A stretch of 62,740 bases of DNA, counting the filler, from a bacterium (GTDB taxonomy: Bacteria > JAMORN01): assembly GCA_027063545.1 (NCBI GenBank). It is 13 parts of 13 records of this genome, joined end to end, with 100 filler letters (N's around TTAATTAATTAA, not from the genome) between each part and the next. Parts side by side here need not be neighbours in the genome. Positions count along the whole stretch, not along the records: positions 1 to 3,833 come from JAMORN010000251.1; positions 3,934 to 7,759 come from JAMORN010000252.1; positions 7,860 to 11,660 come from JAMORN010000253.1; 10 more parts are not named here. The stretch is one strand, 5' to 3'. The notes beneath the pieces are model-generated. The model was given only the letters and a program-made list of their open reading frames with translations. It was not told where the DNA came from and made no database searches. The position numbers were made by a program, and so were the translations under genes. This document shows positions 1 to 9,679 of the stretch, one piece after another (position 1 is the first letter of the stretch; each line of letters begins with the position of its first letter).

Positions 1-564
1 TTTATAAGCCTCCTCCAATGAATCGTAACCACTATTTGAGCCTAAAAGGGAAAACCAAGGCGTCCATATATGAGCAGGGATTAAATATGCATCTTCATCT
101 ACACTAAGAAGTATATCAAGAAGAGTTCTTGATGTTATACCCAAAATTGGTCTTCCATCAGATGAGACATTGCCATATTTTTGGAGTTCTAAAGAAAATT
201 TTTCAGCCTTTTCTAAAGACGATAAAACTACAACATGATGTATTTTTCTAACCTTTCCACCCTCACTATATACAGTTGAAATTTCTCCAGTTAATATAAA
301 TCTAATTCCATTTACCTCTGGAGAATATCCAGGCACTATTTCTTGAGAAAATTCTTTTTTTAGTGAATAAAGCCCAGTTTCCTCTTCTTTTAGATTCTCT
401 TTTAGAAATTTTAGGTATTCTGGGTGGGTTATGTCTCCTGTTCCTAAAAGTTTAATACCTTTTAGTTTAGCCCATAGGGCATAAGTATATGGGTTTGCTT
501 TTTTTGAGGTTGCTCTTGAATATTTGGTGTGTATGTGAATATCAGCAATAAATCTTTGTTTCAT
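1..564 (-). CDS. Endonuclease Q family / PHP-domain protein, 3' end outside the window (bacterial members are often UvrD-fused)
   Basis: Not in the ORF track. Manual translation from ATG at 564 gives MKQRFIADIHIHTKYSRATSK...KGIKLLGTGDITHP...ILTGEIS...HHVV...DGRPILG...AHIWTPWFSLLGSNSGYDSLEE, which are EndoQ-family motifs. Starts in an ATGA overlap with the upstream ORF stop. Confidence 0.85.
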   Translation of the reverse strand, partial: MKQRFIADIHIHTKYSRATSKKANPYTYALWAKLKGIKLLGTGDITHPEYLKFLKENLKEEETGLYSLKKEFSQEIVPGYSPEVNGIRFILTGEISTVYSEGGKVRKIHHVVVLSSLEKAEKFSLELQKYGNVSSDGRPILGITSRTLLDILLSVDEDAYLIPAHIWTPWFSLLGSNSGYDSLEEAYK

Positions 565-938
565 TTTTTGTTTTTTAGGTAAATAATAGTTTTTTTATGT
601 CGGTAAAGTTCAAAATAAAAGGTTATAAAAAGGATTAAGATAATAAGTAAAAATAAAAAAATTAAGAAGCTTCTCCAAAAAATAATAACAAACCCCGGAA
701 CTATCTGCCAGGGATGTTTAATATAAAGGCCATAAAGTTTATATGTTCTGAAAAAATTATATAAATCCATCTTTATGAAAATGTTGAGAGAAATAAAAAA
801 ATAAATTAAGTCAATTAGACTTAAAAATAATATGAGTAATTGAAATAACTTCAACTCTCTATTAAAGTTATTCTCTATGTCTTCAATAATTTTTTCTTCA
901 TTAAAAAATTTTTGAAACCATTCTTTTAAATCAAACAT
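561..938 (-). CDS. Hypothetical membrane protein (2 TM segments)
   Basis: 125-aa ORF with two hydrophobic segments; stop overlaps the start of the EndoQ-like gene. Confidence 0.6.
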   Translation of the reverse strand: MFDLKEWFQKFFNEEKIIEDIENNFNRELKLFQLLILFLSLIDLIYFFISLNIFIKMDLYNFFRTYKLYGLYIKHPWQIVPGFVIIFWRSFLIFLFLLIILILFITFYFELYRHKKTIIYLKNKK

Positions 939-1150
939 TTAAATAAAATAAAACTTTATTTAAAAAAATTCTAGTTTTTTATGGGTCCTTTTAGAAATTT
1001 TGAAATTTTTTTAACTAAATAGATTTCTTAAGTAAATAATTTTTGTAGTTTTTTATTTTATTTGATATAGTTTTGTTTATTTATTATTTTTCGTTATAAT
1101 TTTTATATTTACTACAATAAAAAAATCAAGACAAAAGGAGAGATAAAAAT

Positions 1151-2257
1151 ATGTGTCGTATCGCGGGAATGAAGGCAATAAATCCACAGCATCCTAGAGT
1201 GATGCTAAAAATGATGGAAGCAATGCAAAAAGGACATGATAATTCTGGTTTTGCTTTAGTTATGCAAGATTTATATGGCATTTTTGAGCCATATAAAAAG
1301 TATCCAATGATGTCTCTTGCTGTTACTGATAAAGGACTTGATATAGTAAAAGAATATATGAAAAAAGAAGGTTGGAAAGAAGTTTGGATGTATGAGCCTG
1401 AATATCATTATAGACAAGGTCTTAAAATTGAATTAATGCCAAGGTATGTTTATCCTGTATATGATTGGCCGGAAGAAGCTAAAGATATGACACAAGAAGA
1501 AAGAGAAGAACTTTTAGTAGATACAAGATTAACATTAAGAAAAATATTAGAAGATGCTAATGAAGGATATATATATTCTTTTTGGCCAGATGTTTTGACA
1601 TTAAAAGAAATTGGAGATCCAAGGCATATTGGTGAGTATTTTGGTTTATGGGAAGAAGATGATAAATTTGTAGCAAAGATTTTAACAGCACAAGCACGCC
1701 AAAATACTAATTACGATATAGTAAGATATGCTGCACACCCATTTTTCTTACAAGGTTATACAGCACTTGCTAATGGAGAAAATACATTTTATCAAAAAAA
1801 TAAAGATTATTTAAAAAACTTATATAAAGGTTATATTGGTTTTGAATCTGATTCCCAGTGTTTTTTATATACACTTCATTATGTTCATAAAAGATTAAAA
1901 CTTCCTCTTATTTATTTTAAACATGTTATAACACCTCTTCCTGTTGAAGAAATAGAGAAAAGGGAAAATAAAGATACACTTCTTTATTTAAGAGCATCTT
2001 TATCCCATTTAGAAATAAATGGGCCAAATACTATAATTGGGGTTCTTCCTGATGGAACAATGTTCTCAACTCATGATGCTAAAAAATTAAGACCTGTAGT
2101 AGTTGGGGGAACAAAGGAAAGAATGTTTATCGCATCTGAAGTTGTAGGTCTTAATGCAGTTTGTCCAGAAAGAGATTGGACAAAAGATATATATACCCAT
2201 GAAAGAGAAATGGTAATAATAGATAACAATTTGGAGGTACATAGATGGCAGCAATAA
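1151..2257 (+). CDS. Class II glutamine amidotransferase subunit of a split glutamate synthase
   Basis: N-terminal Met-Cys (MCRIAG); QARQNTN, AAHPF, ANGEN, GFESDS and LRPVVVG motifs; AGGAG RBS; overlaps the FMN subunit gene. Confidence 0.85.
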   Translation: MCRIAGMKAINPQHPRVMLKMMEAMQKGHDNSGFALVMQDLYGIFEPYKKYPMMSLAVTDKGLDIVKEYMKKEGWKEVWMYEPEYHYRQGLKIELMPRYVYPVYDWPEEAKDMTQEEREELLVDTRLTLRKILEDANEGYIYSFWPDVLTLKEIGDPRHIGEYFGLWEEDDKFVAKILTAQARQNTNYDIVRYAAHPFFLQGYTALANGENTFYQKNKDYLKNLYKGYIGFESDSQCFLYTLHYVHKRLKLPLIYFKHVITPLPVEEIEKRENKDTLLYLRASLSHLEINGPNTIIGVLPDGTMFSTHDAKKLRPVVVGGTKERMFIASEVVGLNAVCPERDWTKDIYTHEREMVIIDNNLEVHRWQQ

Positions 2258-3833
2258 ATCAAAAAGTATTAGATGATCATTGGCAAGATTATCCATGGGT
2301 AATTGAATACGATCCAGATAAATGTGCTTTATGTGGTTCTTGTGTTGCTACGTGTACATTTGGGGCTATAAAGTTTGATACAGTGGTAATAAGAGAAGTA
2401 AAAAGTACAAATCCAATTCAACCAGAGCCTCAAGTTGAATTTAAGGTAAGACCTGTTGTGAAGCAAGTTCATAATCTTGCTAATATGTGTAGAGGTTGTG
2501 GTTTTTGTGAGAGGGTATGTCCTAATAAGGCAATAAGGCCTGTTAAAAATCCAAGAAATAGATTTAATTTTGTTAGGGCACAATCAGGTAAGCCTTTTAA
2601 AAGAGGTGGAAGAAATAATTTACATCCAGAGGTTAGAACACTTGATACAATAAAGATAGGAAGAATATCTCAGATGACAGACCCATCATTGGATTCAGAA
2701 AGACATACATTTGATTTAAGAGCACCATTTGGACGAATTTTAGCACCAGATGAAGTAGAGTTTGATGAAAATGGAAGGTTAAAATCTGGAGTAAAACTTC
2801 CTCCTGTTAGATGGATTTATCCTATATTAATAGCAGATATGTCAATTGGTGCTTTATCTCCAAGAGCGTGGGAAGCATTAATAATGGCTGTTGCTTATTT
2901 GAATGAGGAGTATGGAATTCCTATAAGAATGTCCTCTGGAGAAGGAGGAGTCCCAACAAAACTATTAAGAAGTAAATATATTAAATACTTATTCTTACAA
3001 ATTGCTTCAGGACATTTTGGTTGGAATAGAATTATTCAAAATATGCCATATATGCAAGAAGATCCAGCAGGAGTTATTATTAAAATAGGTCAAGGTGCAA
3101 AGCCGGGTGATGGAGGACTTCTTTTAGCAGAGAAGGTTGCAAAGCATATTCAAGAGATTAGAGGTGTTCCAAAATCAGATCTTTTATCTCCACCAACACA
3201 TCAAGGACTTTATTCAATAGAAGAGTCAGTACAAAAGATGTTTTTATCATTTAATGCAGCTTTTGGATTTAGAGTTCCTGTTGCTATTAAAGTAGCAGCA
3301 TCTTCAACTAGTGTGTATGTATATAATAATCTTTTAAGAGATCCTTATCACATTGTAGGAGGATTTCTACTTGATGGTATAGATGGAGGAACAGGGGCAG
3401 CAAATGAAGTTAGTTTAGACCATTCTGGACATCCAATTGCTTCTAAATTAAGAGATTGTTATTTAGCAGCTGTAAATCAAGGAAAACAAGGTAGAATTCC
3501 TTTATGGGCAGGTGGTGGAATTGGAGCAACAGGTAATTTGGCAGCAGATACAGTTAAGATGATAGCATTAGGGGCAAATGGAGTATTTGCTGGAAAGATT
3601 TTCTTACAGCTTATGGGTTGTGTAGGTAGTGAAGATGGAAGATGTAATGCTTGTAATACAGGTTTATGCCCTACAGGAATAACAACCCAAGATCCTCTTT
3701 TAATTAAGAGACTTGATGTAGATAAAGCTGCAGAAAGAATTGTTAATTATATATTAGCAACAGATGCTGAAATTAAGAAATTACTTGCTCAAATTGGTAA
3801 TTCTTCACTCCCAGTAGGAAGAAGTGATGCTTT
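2245..3833 (+). CDS. Glutamate synthase FMN-binding subunit with N-terminal 2x[4Fe-4S] ferredoxin domain (3' truncated)
   Basis: CALCGSCVATC and CRGCGFCERVCP; MSIGALS, SSGEGG, QIASGHFG, IKIGQGAKPGDGG, DGIDGGTGA and CNACNTGLCPTGITTQ motifs. Confidence 0.9.
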
Positions 3834-3933
3834 NNNNNNNNNNNNNNNNNNNNNNNNNNNNNNNNNNNNNNNNNNNNTTAATTAATTAANNNNNNNNNNN
3901 NNNNNNNNNNNNNNNNNNNNNNNNNNNNNNNNN
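3834..3933. other. Artificial contig linker
   Basis: 44 N + TTAATTAATTAA + 44 N. Confidence 0.99.
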
Positions 3934-4067
3934 GAATAGCTCCAAATTATACATTTAAAGTTGGTGAAGAAGTAGAAATGTTATTTAATATGGATAAGGC
4001 TCATTTCTTTGATGTAAATACAGAAGAAAGAATAGTTACAAATAAAGAGGAGTTAGTTAAGGCTTAA
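3934..4067 (+). CDS. C-terminal fragment of a sugar ABC transporter ATPase (MalK/UgpC/MsmX-like TOBE end)
   Basis: Manual translation: IAPNYTFKVGEEVEMLFNMDKAHFFDVNTEERIV...KA*. Confidence 0.7.
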
Positions 4068-4193
4068 TATATAAATTAAAAATTAATAAAAAATTTTTTT
4101 TTGGGGTTGATTTTATATAAATAAAATTATATTTTATATAAAAAAGGAAAATATATTATAATATATATTCAATACAACATAAGGAGGGGTATT

Positions 4194-5417
4194 ATGTATT
4201 TGGAAAAAAATTCATTATATATTTTTCTGTTAATTTATTTAAGCGTTTTAATAATAAGCTGTGGCGGTGAGGGGGATTTAACAGAGAATGATAATTTAAA
4301 CAATGTAGTAATTTTTGATACAACAAAGTATAATATTTCAGATAGTGATATAGATTTAGATTCGTTGGAGGGTATAATAAAAGATGATCCATTATTTAAT
4401 ATGGTATATATAGAAACAGAAGATTTTATAAGGGGAGATACAAATTTACCTTCTGAAGCATTAGCAGAACAATTGAATAAAGTAAGTTTTTCTTATAACT
4501 TTTATATAGATAAAACAGAAATACCCCAATGGTATTATTATGTAATTACCAAAAAAATGCCTCCTAGTTTCTTTATTTATACAGAACAGAACTGGTTTTT
4601 ACCTGTAGGAAAGTTATCTTTTTATGATGCTGTGTTATTCTGTAATGAAAGAAGTAAATATTATGGTTTAGATACAGTATATTCTTATACAGCAATTAAT
4701 GAAGACGGAAGTTTAAAAGATTTAAATGCAGATTTTTCTAAAAGTGGATTTGCATTACCAACAGAAGCAGAATGGGAATTTGTTGCTCAAAAAGCTTGGG
4801 ATGGATATGATGATTCATATATATTTGCAGGTGAGCCATTGACAGGTACATTACCTAAGAAAGTAGAAGAATTACAGCCAGATAAATTAGGTTTATATAA
4901 TTTATTTGGCAATATGATGGAAATAACCTGGAGTATATATGACGAATATGAATATACATATTATTTAAATCCTGATTTAAAAAATTTAGAGATAAAAGAG
5001 GATACAAAAATAGTTGGTAGAGGTGGAAATTGGGGAACAGTAAAATCTCAAATAAATCCAGCATGGAGATTTGCACTGGTTCCAACATCTAGAGAATTAT
5101 CATATGGTATAAGATGTGTTATAAGAGACTTTAAAGAAGATATTTATAAAGAGATAGTTAATCCAGAAGTGGAGAGTGAAGATAGCTCTTCTGAGGATAC
5201 TAATATTGATGAACATGTATCTGATTCAACCTCTACAATTATAAATGATTCTACAAATATTATGCCAGAAGATAGTGTAAATTTACCAGATACTACTACA
5301 ATAGATGATACAACAAGTATTATTGATTCTTTAGAAACAGATTCTACCATTTATATAGATAGTGCTTATGTGGATAGTTTTAGTGTATTACCTATAGATG
5401 CATCAAATTTATTTTAA
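4194..5417 (+). CDS. Lipoprotein with FGE-sulfatase (SUMF1/CLec-like) domain and Asp/Ser/Thr-rich tail
   Basis: Lipobox IISC; LPTEAEWE, LGLYNLFGNMME, RGGNW and YGIRCV motifs; AGGAGG RBS. Confidence 0.8.
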   Translation: MYLEKNSLYIFLLIYLSVLIISCGGEGDLTENDNLNNVVIFDTTKYNISDSDIDLDSLEGIIKDDPLFNMVYIETEDFIRGDTNLPSEALAEQLNKVSFSYNFYIDKTEIPQWYYYVITKKMPPSFFIYTEQNWFLPVGKLSFYDAVLFCNERSKYYGLDTVYSYTAINEDGSLKDLNADFSKSGFALPTEAEWEFVAQKAWDGYDDSYIFAGEPLTGTLPKKVEELQPDKLGLYNLFGNMMEITWSIYDEYEYTYYLNPDLKNLEIKEDTKIVGRGGNWGTVKSQINPAWRFALVPTSRELSYGIRCVIRDFKEDIYKEIVNPEVESEDSSSEDTNIDEHVSDSTSTIINDSTNIMPEDSVNLPDTTTIDDTTSIIDSLETDSTIYIDSAYVDSFSVLPIDASNLF

Positions 5418-5507
5418 TTTAAACTTGTTTTACAAATAAAAAAAATAAGTTATTTTTTAGTATAGTAGAGTATAGAAAAAATGTAAAATCATAACAAAGG
5501 AGGAATA

Positions 5508-6017
5508 TTGGAGTTAAAAGATTATATAAGAGATATTCCAAATTTCCCTAAAGAAGGAATAATTTTTAAAGATATAACACCATTATTAAAAGATAAAGAG
5601 GCTTTCAGGTATACTATAGAAGAAATGAGTAAATATATTAAAGATGATATAAGATATATAATAGGGCCAGAATCTAGAGGGTTTATTTTTGGTCCTGCAG
5701 TTGCTTTTAACGTAAATAAGGGTTTTATACCTATAAGAAAAAAAGGCAAACTACCTTATAAAACAATATCAAAAACATATAGCTTAGAGTATGGAGAAGC
5801 AACCCTTGAAATGCATATAGATGCTATAGAGAAAGGAGATAAGGTTGTAATTATTGACGATGTTTTAGCAACCGGCGGTACAATGAAGGCTATAATTGAG
5901 ATGATAGAATCTCAAGGTGCTATAGTAGATAAGGTTATAGTTTTAATTGAGTTATTATTTTTAAATCCAAGAGAATTATTAAAAGGCTATGATATAGTTT
6001 CTTTAATTCAATATTAA
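5508..6017 (+). CDS. apt: Adenine phosphoribosyltransferase
   Basis: IRDIPNFPKEGIIFKDIT, ESRGF, RKKGKLP, YSLEYG and IIDDVLATGGT; TTG start with AGGAGG RBS. Confidence 0.96.
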   Translation: MELKDYIRDIPNFPKEGIIFKDITPLLKDKEAFRYTIEEMSKYIKDDIRYIIGPESRGFIFGPAVAFNVNKGFIPIRKKGKLPYKTISKTYSLEYGEATLEMHIDAIEKGDKVVIIDDVLATGGTMKAIIEMIESQGAIVDKVIVLIELLFLNPRELLKGYDIVSLIQY

Positions 6018-6022
6018 TAGAT

Positions 6023-6072
6023 AAAAATAAATAGGGGGAGAGTTACTCTTATCTTCTCTCCCTTTATTTTTT
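6023..6072. terminator. Probable bidirectional intrinsic terminator between convergent apt and tsaD
   Basis: Imperfect stem GGGAGAG...CTCTCCC flanked by A-rich and T-rich tracts. Confidence 0.6.
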
Positions 6073-7093
6073 ACATATATATTGTATTTAAATCAAGATT
6101 AGCATAAGCTTCGAGAGTATAATCTTTATTCCAATTCACAGACCATAAGGGATGTAAAACGTTTGCACTAAAAGCAATCATAGCGGCATTATCAGTGCAG
6201 TATTTTAAAGGTGGAATGATTATATTATAATTAGGAAATCTTTTATATATTTCCCTTCTTAGAAGACTATTAGCAGAAACTCCACCTACAACTAAAATAT
6301 TTTTTACCTTTTTTATTTTCACAGCGTTCTCTAGTTTATATAAGAGGGCTTCTATTACTGCCTTTTGAAAACTAGCAGCAATTTTATATACCTCATTTTT
6401 ATCAGATAACTCCTTATCTTTTATAAAGTAAAGTAAACTTGTCTTTAAGCCAGAAAAACTAAAATCTAAATTACCTTCTTTTTTTAGTCCTATAGGGAAT
6501 TCGTATGGAGCTTCTATATTTTGAGAGACTTTATCTATAATTGGTCCTCCGGGAAATCCAAGATTAAGGAGTTTAGCAGCTTTATCAAATGCTTCTCCAG
6601 CAGCATCATCCCTTGTTTGACCTAATACTTCAAAGTGAATATTATCTTCTGTATAAACAAGAATTGTATGGCCTCCTGAAACAACTAAAGCTATATATGG
6701 CACTACTATTTCGTTTTCAATGAAAGCAGCCTGTATATGTCCATATATATGATTTATACCCACAAGAGGCTTTCTTAAACCTTGTGCAAGCCCTTTTGCA
6801 TAAGAAACCCCAACAAGTAGACTCCCTATAAGTCCGGGGCCATTGGTTACAGCAACAGCATCAATATCCTTTAAATCTAAATTGATAGTATTTATTAACT
6901 TTTTTACTAGTACATCAAGGAGTTCTATATGTCTTCTTGAGGCTATTTCTGGAACAATACCACCAAAGTCCTTATGTTCAAGATGCGTTTGAGTACCAAC
7001 AGCTAAAACATCACGTCCTTTTACTATAGCTACACTTGTTTCATCACAACTAGTTTCTATAGCAAGAGTTAATATGTTTTCCACATCAGTCAT
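6071..7093 (-). CDS. tsaD: tRNA N6-adenosine threonylcarbamoyltransferase
   Basis: IETSCDETS, GGIVPEIASRRH, HIYGH, VSGGHT, TRDDAAGEAFDK, FSFSGLKT and CTDNAAMIA. Confidence 0.97.
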   Translation of the reverse strand: MTDVENILTLAIETSCDETSVAIVKGRDVLAVGTQTHLEHKDFGGIVPEIASRRHIELLDVLVKKLINTINLDLKDIDAVAVTNGPGLIGSLLVGVSYAKGLAQGLRKPLVGINHIYGHIQAAFIENEIVVPYIALVVSGGHTILVYTEDNIHFEVLGQTRDDAAGEAFDKAAKLLNLGFPGGPIIDKVSQNIEAPYEFPIGLKKEGNLDFSFSGLKTSLLYFIKDKELSDKNEVYKIAASFQKAVIEALLYKLENAVKIKKVKNILVVGGVSANSLLRREIYKRFPNYNIIIPPLKYCTDNAAMIAFSANVLHPLWSVNWNKDYTLEAYANLDLNTIYM

Positions 7094-7102
7094 ATATAAC
7101 TC

Positions 7103-7759
7103 CTATTTTATAATAATTTTAAACCTTTTAGGATAACTTCTAAACCAGTTTATTTCTTTAAATGGAGTTATTATAGCTGGTACTTCGTAATTATACTCTT
7201 TTGCTTTAGAAAAATCAACAGTTATATTAAAGTCATTCTTATCTAAATATGAGACTATATCATATCCTCCACTAACTTCCAAAGTCATTGTTGGAGGAAT
7301 AATCTTTACTCTATTTTTATATTTTGGAGGGACGTTTATTATTTGTACAGGAATATCTTTTATCACTTTTACTATTTCTTTCTGAATAAAGAATTCAACT
7401 CTTACACTATCAGGAAATATCTCCACATTATATAAAGAAGGCTTTTTTATTGGTAAAAATAAAATAGTTGTATCATCAAATTCTTTATTAGCAGGAGGAG
7501 CTTCTATAAATAATGTTTTTATCTTTCTTATATTTTTTCGAGGTCCTATAATTGTAGCCTTTCTAGGATATATATTTATATTTCCTACTAAAATATAACC
7601 TGTTTTTATCTTTATATTAATCTCAGGATTTATTTCAATTTCTTTTTTAGATATAGGAGAAAGTTCAATTTTTATGATATTATTTTCAAGATAATAATAA
7701 GCTAAATTTAAATTATGAGGGAATATGATATTTTTTTTGTCTATTATTATAATATTTTT
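7103..7759 (-). CDS. YbbR/CdaR-like domain protein (5' truncated)
   Basis: Frame stays open well upstream of the annotated start (GYILVGNINIYPRKATIIGPRK...); repeated YbbR-like P-x-x-V-x-V-x-G and VDFSK pattern; upstream of tsaD. Confidence 0.65.
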   Translation of the reverse strand, partial: KNIIIIDKKNIIFPHNLNLAYYYLENNIIKIELSPISKKEIEINPEINIKIKTGYILVGNINIYPRKATIIGPRKNIRKIKTLFIEAPPANKEFDDTTILFLPIKKPSLYNVEIFPDSVRVEFFIQKEIVKVIKDIPVQIINVPPKYKNRVKIIPPTMTLEVSGGYDIVSYLDKNDFNITVDFSKAKEYNYEVPAIITPFKEINWFRSYPKRFKIIIK

Positions 7760-7859
7760 NNNNNNNNNNNNNNNNNNNNNNNNNNNNNNNNNNNNNNNNN
7801 NNNTTAATTAATTAANNNNNNNNNNNNNNNNNNNNNNNNNNNNNNNNNNNNNNNNNNNN
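7760..7859. other. Artificial contig linker
   Basis: 44 N + TTAATTAATTAA + 44 N. Confidence 0.99.
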
Positions 7860-7964
7860 GTGTTTGATTTTTGAAAATTTAAAAAATTTTAACAATGTAT
7901 AATTCAAAGAAAATTAAATCCTAACCTACTTTTATCTTTAACTAGCAACTTGAGTTATTATACT

Positions 7965-8167
7965 TCATTCGATATTGGATCGATAATCTATAGAGTATAG
8001 AATTTGTATAACTCTTGCTAAAACTAATGGTAATAAAGGAATTTTCAATTCATATAACAAGTTGGATATTATATATGGAGCCTTAAAATAAGAAAGAGCA
8101 TATTTATCTTTTAAATATCGGAAAAATATACGTTTTTACTAGTGTTTTTAATGTTATCTGATATCAT
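7965..8167 (-). pseudogene. Possible decayed serine-acetyltransferase-like (CysE/WcaB-type) gene remnant
   Basis: ATG at 8167 overlaps the GT4 end; after a frame change it reads ...YIISNLLYELKIPLLPLVLARVIQILYSIDY*, like the pre-LbH helix of capsule-locus acetyltransferases. No LbH repeats follow. Confidence 0.35.
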
Positions 8168-9242
8168 TTTTGGATATTAACGAGGTGATTTTTTTCATTA
8201 ATTTTTTCGTTGAATCTTCCCAACAAAACGATTTTACTCTTTCTAATCCTTTTTTTATTAATATATTTTGCAATTTTTTATTTTTTAAAACTGTTTCCAT
8301 ACCTTTGGCAATATCATCAGTATTATAAGGATTAACATAATAAGCTGCATCTCTACAAACTTCCGGCAAAGCAGCTATGTTTGATACTATAACAGGTAAT
8401 CCACATGCCATTGCTTCTAAAGCAGGAATACAAAAACTTTCAAATTTTGAGGGTAAAACAAAAATTTTTGCTTTGTTATATAATTTTATCAATTTATTTT
8501 CGTCTGATATATGTCCAGTTAAAATAATATCCTTTCTATTTAAATCAATTGAACCCATTCTAAAATTTTTTTTATTGGTTCCTCCAACTAATATTAATTT
8601 ATAATCTTTAAAATATTTACTTTTTTTTTTCAAAGTCATAAAAGCCTTAACCAAAGCATCTATATTTTTTAAAGGATGTAAAGTAGCTACTGATAAAATC
8701 CAATTTTCTTTTTTTAAATTTAAGGGTTTAAACTTATCACTTACAGCATTATAAATAACAGTAATTTTATCTTCGTTTATGTTTAAGTTTTTTGAAATAT
8801 CTTTTTTTGAGAAATTACTTACGGTAAAAATATGTAAAGAGTTATGTGCTATTCGAGGTATAAGAAATTTATAGTAATAATAGAATTTTTTCGTAACATA
8901 TTCTGGAAAATGTAAAAAACTAATATCATGTATAGTTACAAATTTTTTTTTATAAAGTAGCGGGGCAGTGTTTACTAGGTTTAGTAAATAAGGATTTCCT
9001 AATTTCTTTAAAATTAAAGGTAGTTCTACTTGTTCCCAAAGATGCCCCGTTAAACTACCAACTGTTTCAACCTCTAATACCTTAGCAATTTCTTTTTGAA
9101 TTATATTTTTTGGTGCAAGAAATTTTACATCTGGAAAAGATTCCTTTATACACTTTGATATTTCCATAGCAAATCTCTGAGTACCTGTTGTTTCTTGAGT
9201 AAGAAACCTTGCATTAACAACTAAATTCATGACGAAACCCAA
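8154..9242 (-). CDS. Glycosyltransferase family 4 (GT-B)
   Basis: VNARFLTQETTGTQRFA, HLWEQ, TIHD, TVSNFSK and PSKFESFCIPALEAMACG. True start may be the MNLVV ATG at 9230. Confidence 0.92.
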   Translation of the reverse strand: MGFVMNLVVNARFLTQETTGTQRFAMEISKCIKESFPDVKFLAPKNIIQKEIAKVLEVETVGSLTGHLWEQVELPLILKKLGNPYLLNLVNTAPLLYKKKFVTIHDISFLHFPEYVTKKFYYYYKFLIPRIAHNSLHIFTVSNFSKKDISKNLNINEDKITVIYNAVSDKFKPLNLKKENWILSVATLHPLKNIDALVKAFMTLKKKSKYFKDYKLILVGGTNKKNFRMGSIDLNRKDIILTGHISDENKLIKLYNKAKIFVLPSKFESFCIPALEAMACGLPVIVSNIAALPEVCRDAAYYVNPYNTDDIAKGMETVLKNKKLQNILIKKGLERVKSFCWEDSTKKLMKKITSLISKNDIR

Positions 9243-9376
9243 TATTAACTGCCATTTTTATCTATAAACTCAAATAATTGTATATTTAAAAGCTATATAA
9301 AAAAAATTCTTAAAGGTTTAAAATTAAAAGCTTATTATTTTGTTTCTTACAAATTAAAAATTTTTTACTTTAAACT

Positions 9377-9631
9377 TTAATACTTATAAAATTCTCTCAG
9401 GCAATTTGCACAAACATCAACTCCTAAATTTTTCAAAGTAGTAGCTAATTCTCTTACATTTTGTTCATTTAACTCATTCAAAAATTTGATGAGATAAACT
9501 TTGTTTGATAATAAAAAATTTATTTCTACATTATAAGTTTCCCTCAAGCTAACTTATTTACATACGGAAATACTTTTACCTTTCTTAAAAATATGAATTT
9601 TATTTACCGTCATAAAAATAACGAAATTCAT
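9377..9631 (-). pseudogene. Small Cys/His-containing ORF interrupted by one in-frame TAA
   Basis: MNFVIFMTVNKIHIFKKGKSISVCK*VSLRETYN...LKNLGVDVCANCLREFYKY*; TAA at 9554-9556; GGAGG/AAGGA upstream. Confidence 0.45.
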
Positions 9632-9679
9632 ATTCCGCTACTTATCCTTCCCTCCGAAAATTTTTTATATTTAGAATTA

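Noticed and set aside
1073-1100. Sigma70-like promoter TTGTTT-N16-TATAAT upstream of the glutamate synthase genes
   Set aside because: Plausible, but such matches arise by chance in extremely AT-rich intergenic DNA.
4194-5417. FGE/CLec-fold lipoprotein as a diversity-generating retroelement target
   Set aside because: No reverse transcriptase, Avd or template repeat differing at adenines was seen in the window, and the fold is followed by a long tail.
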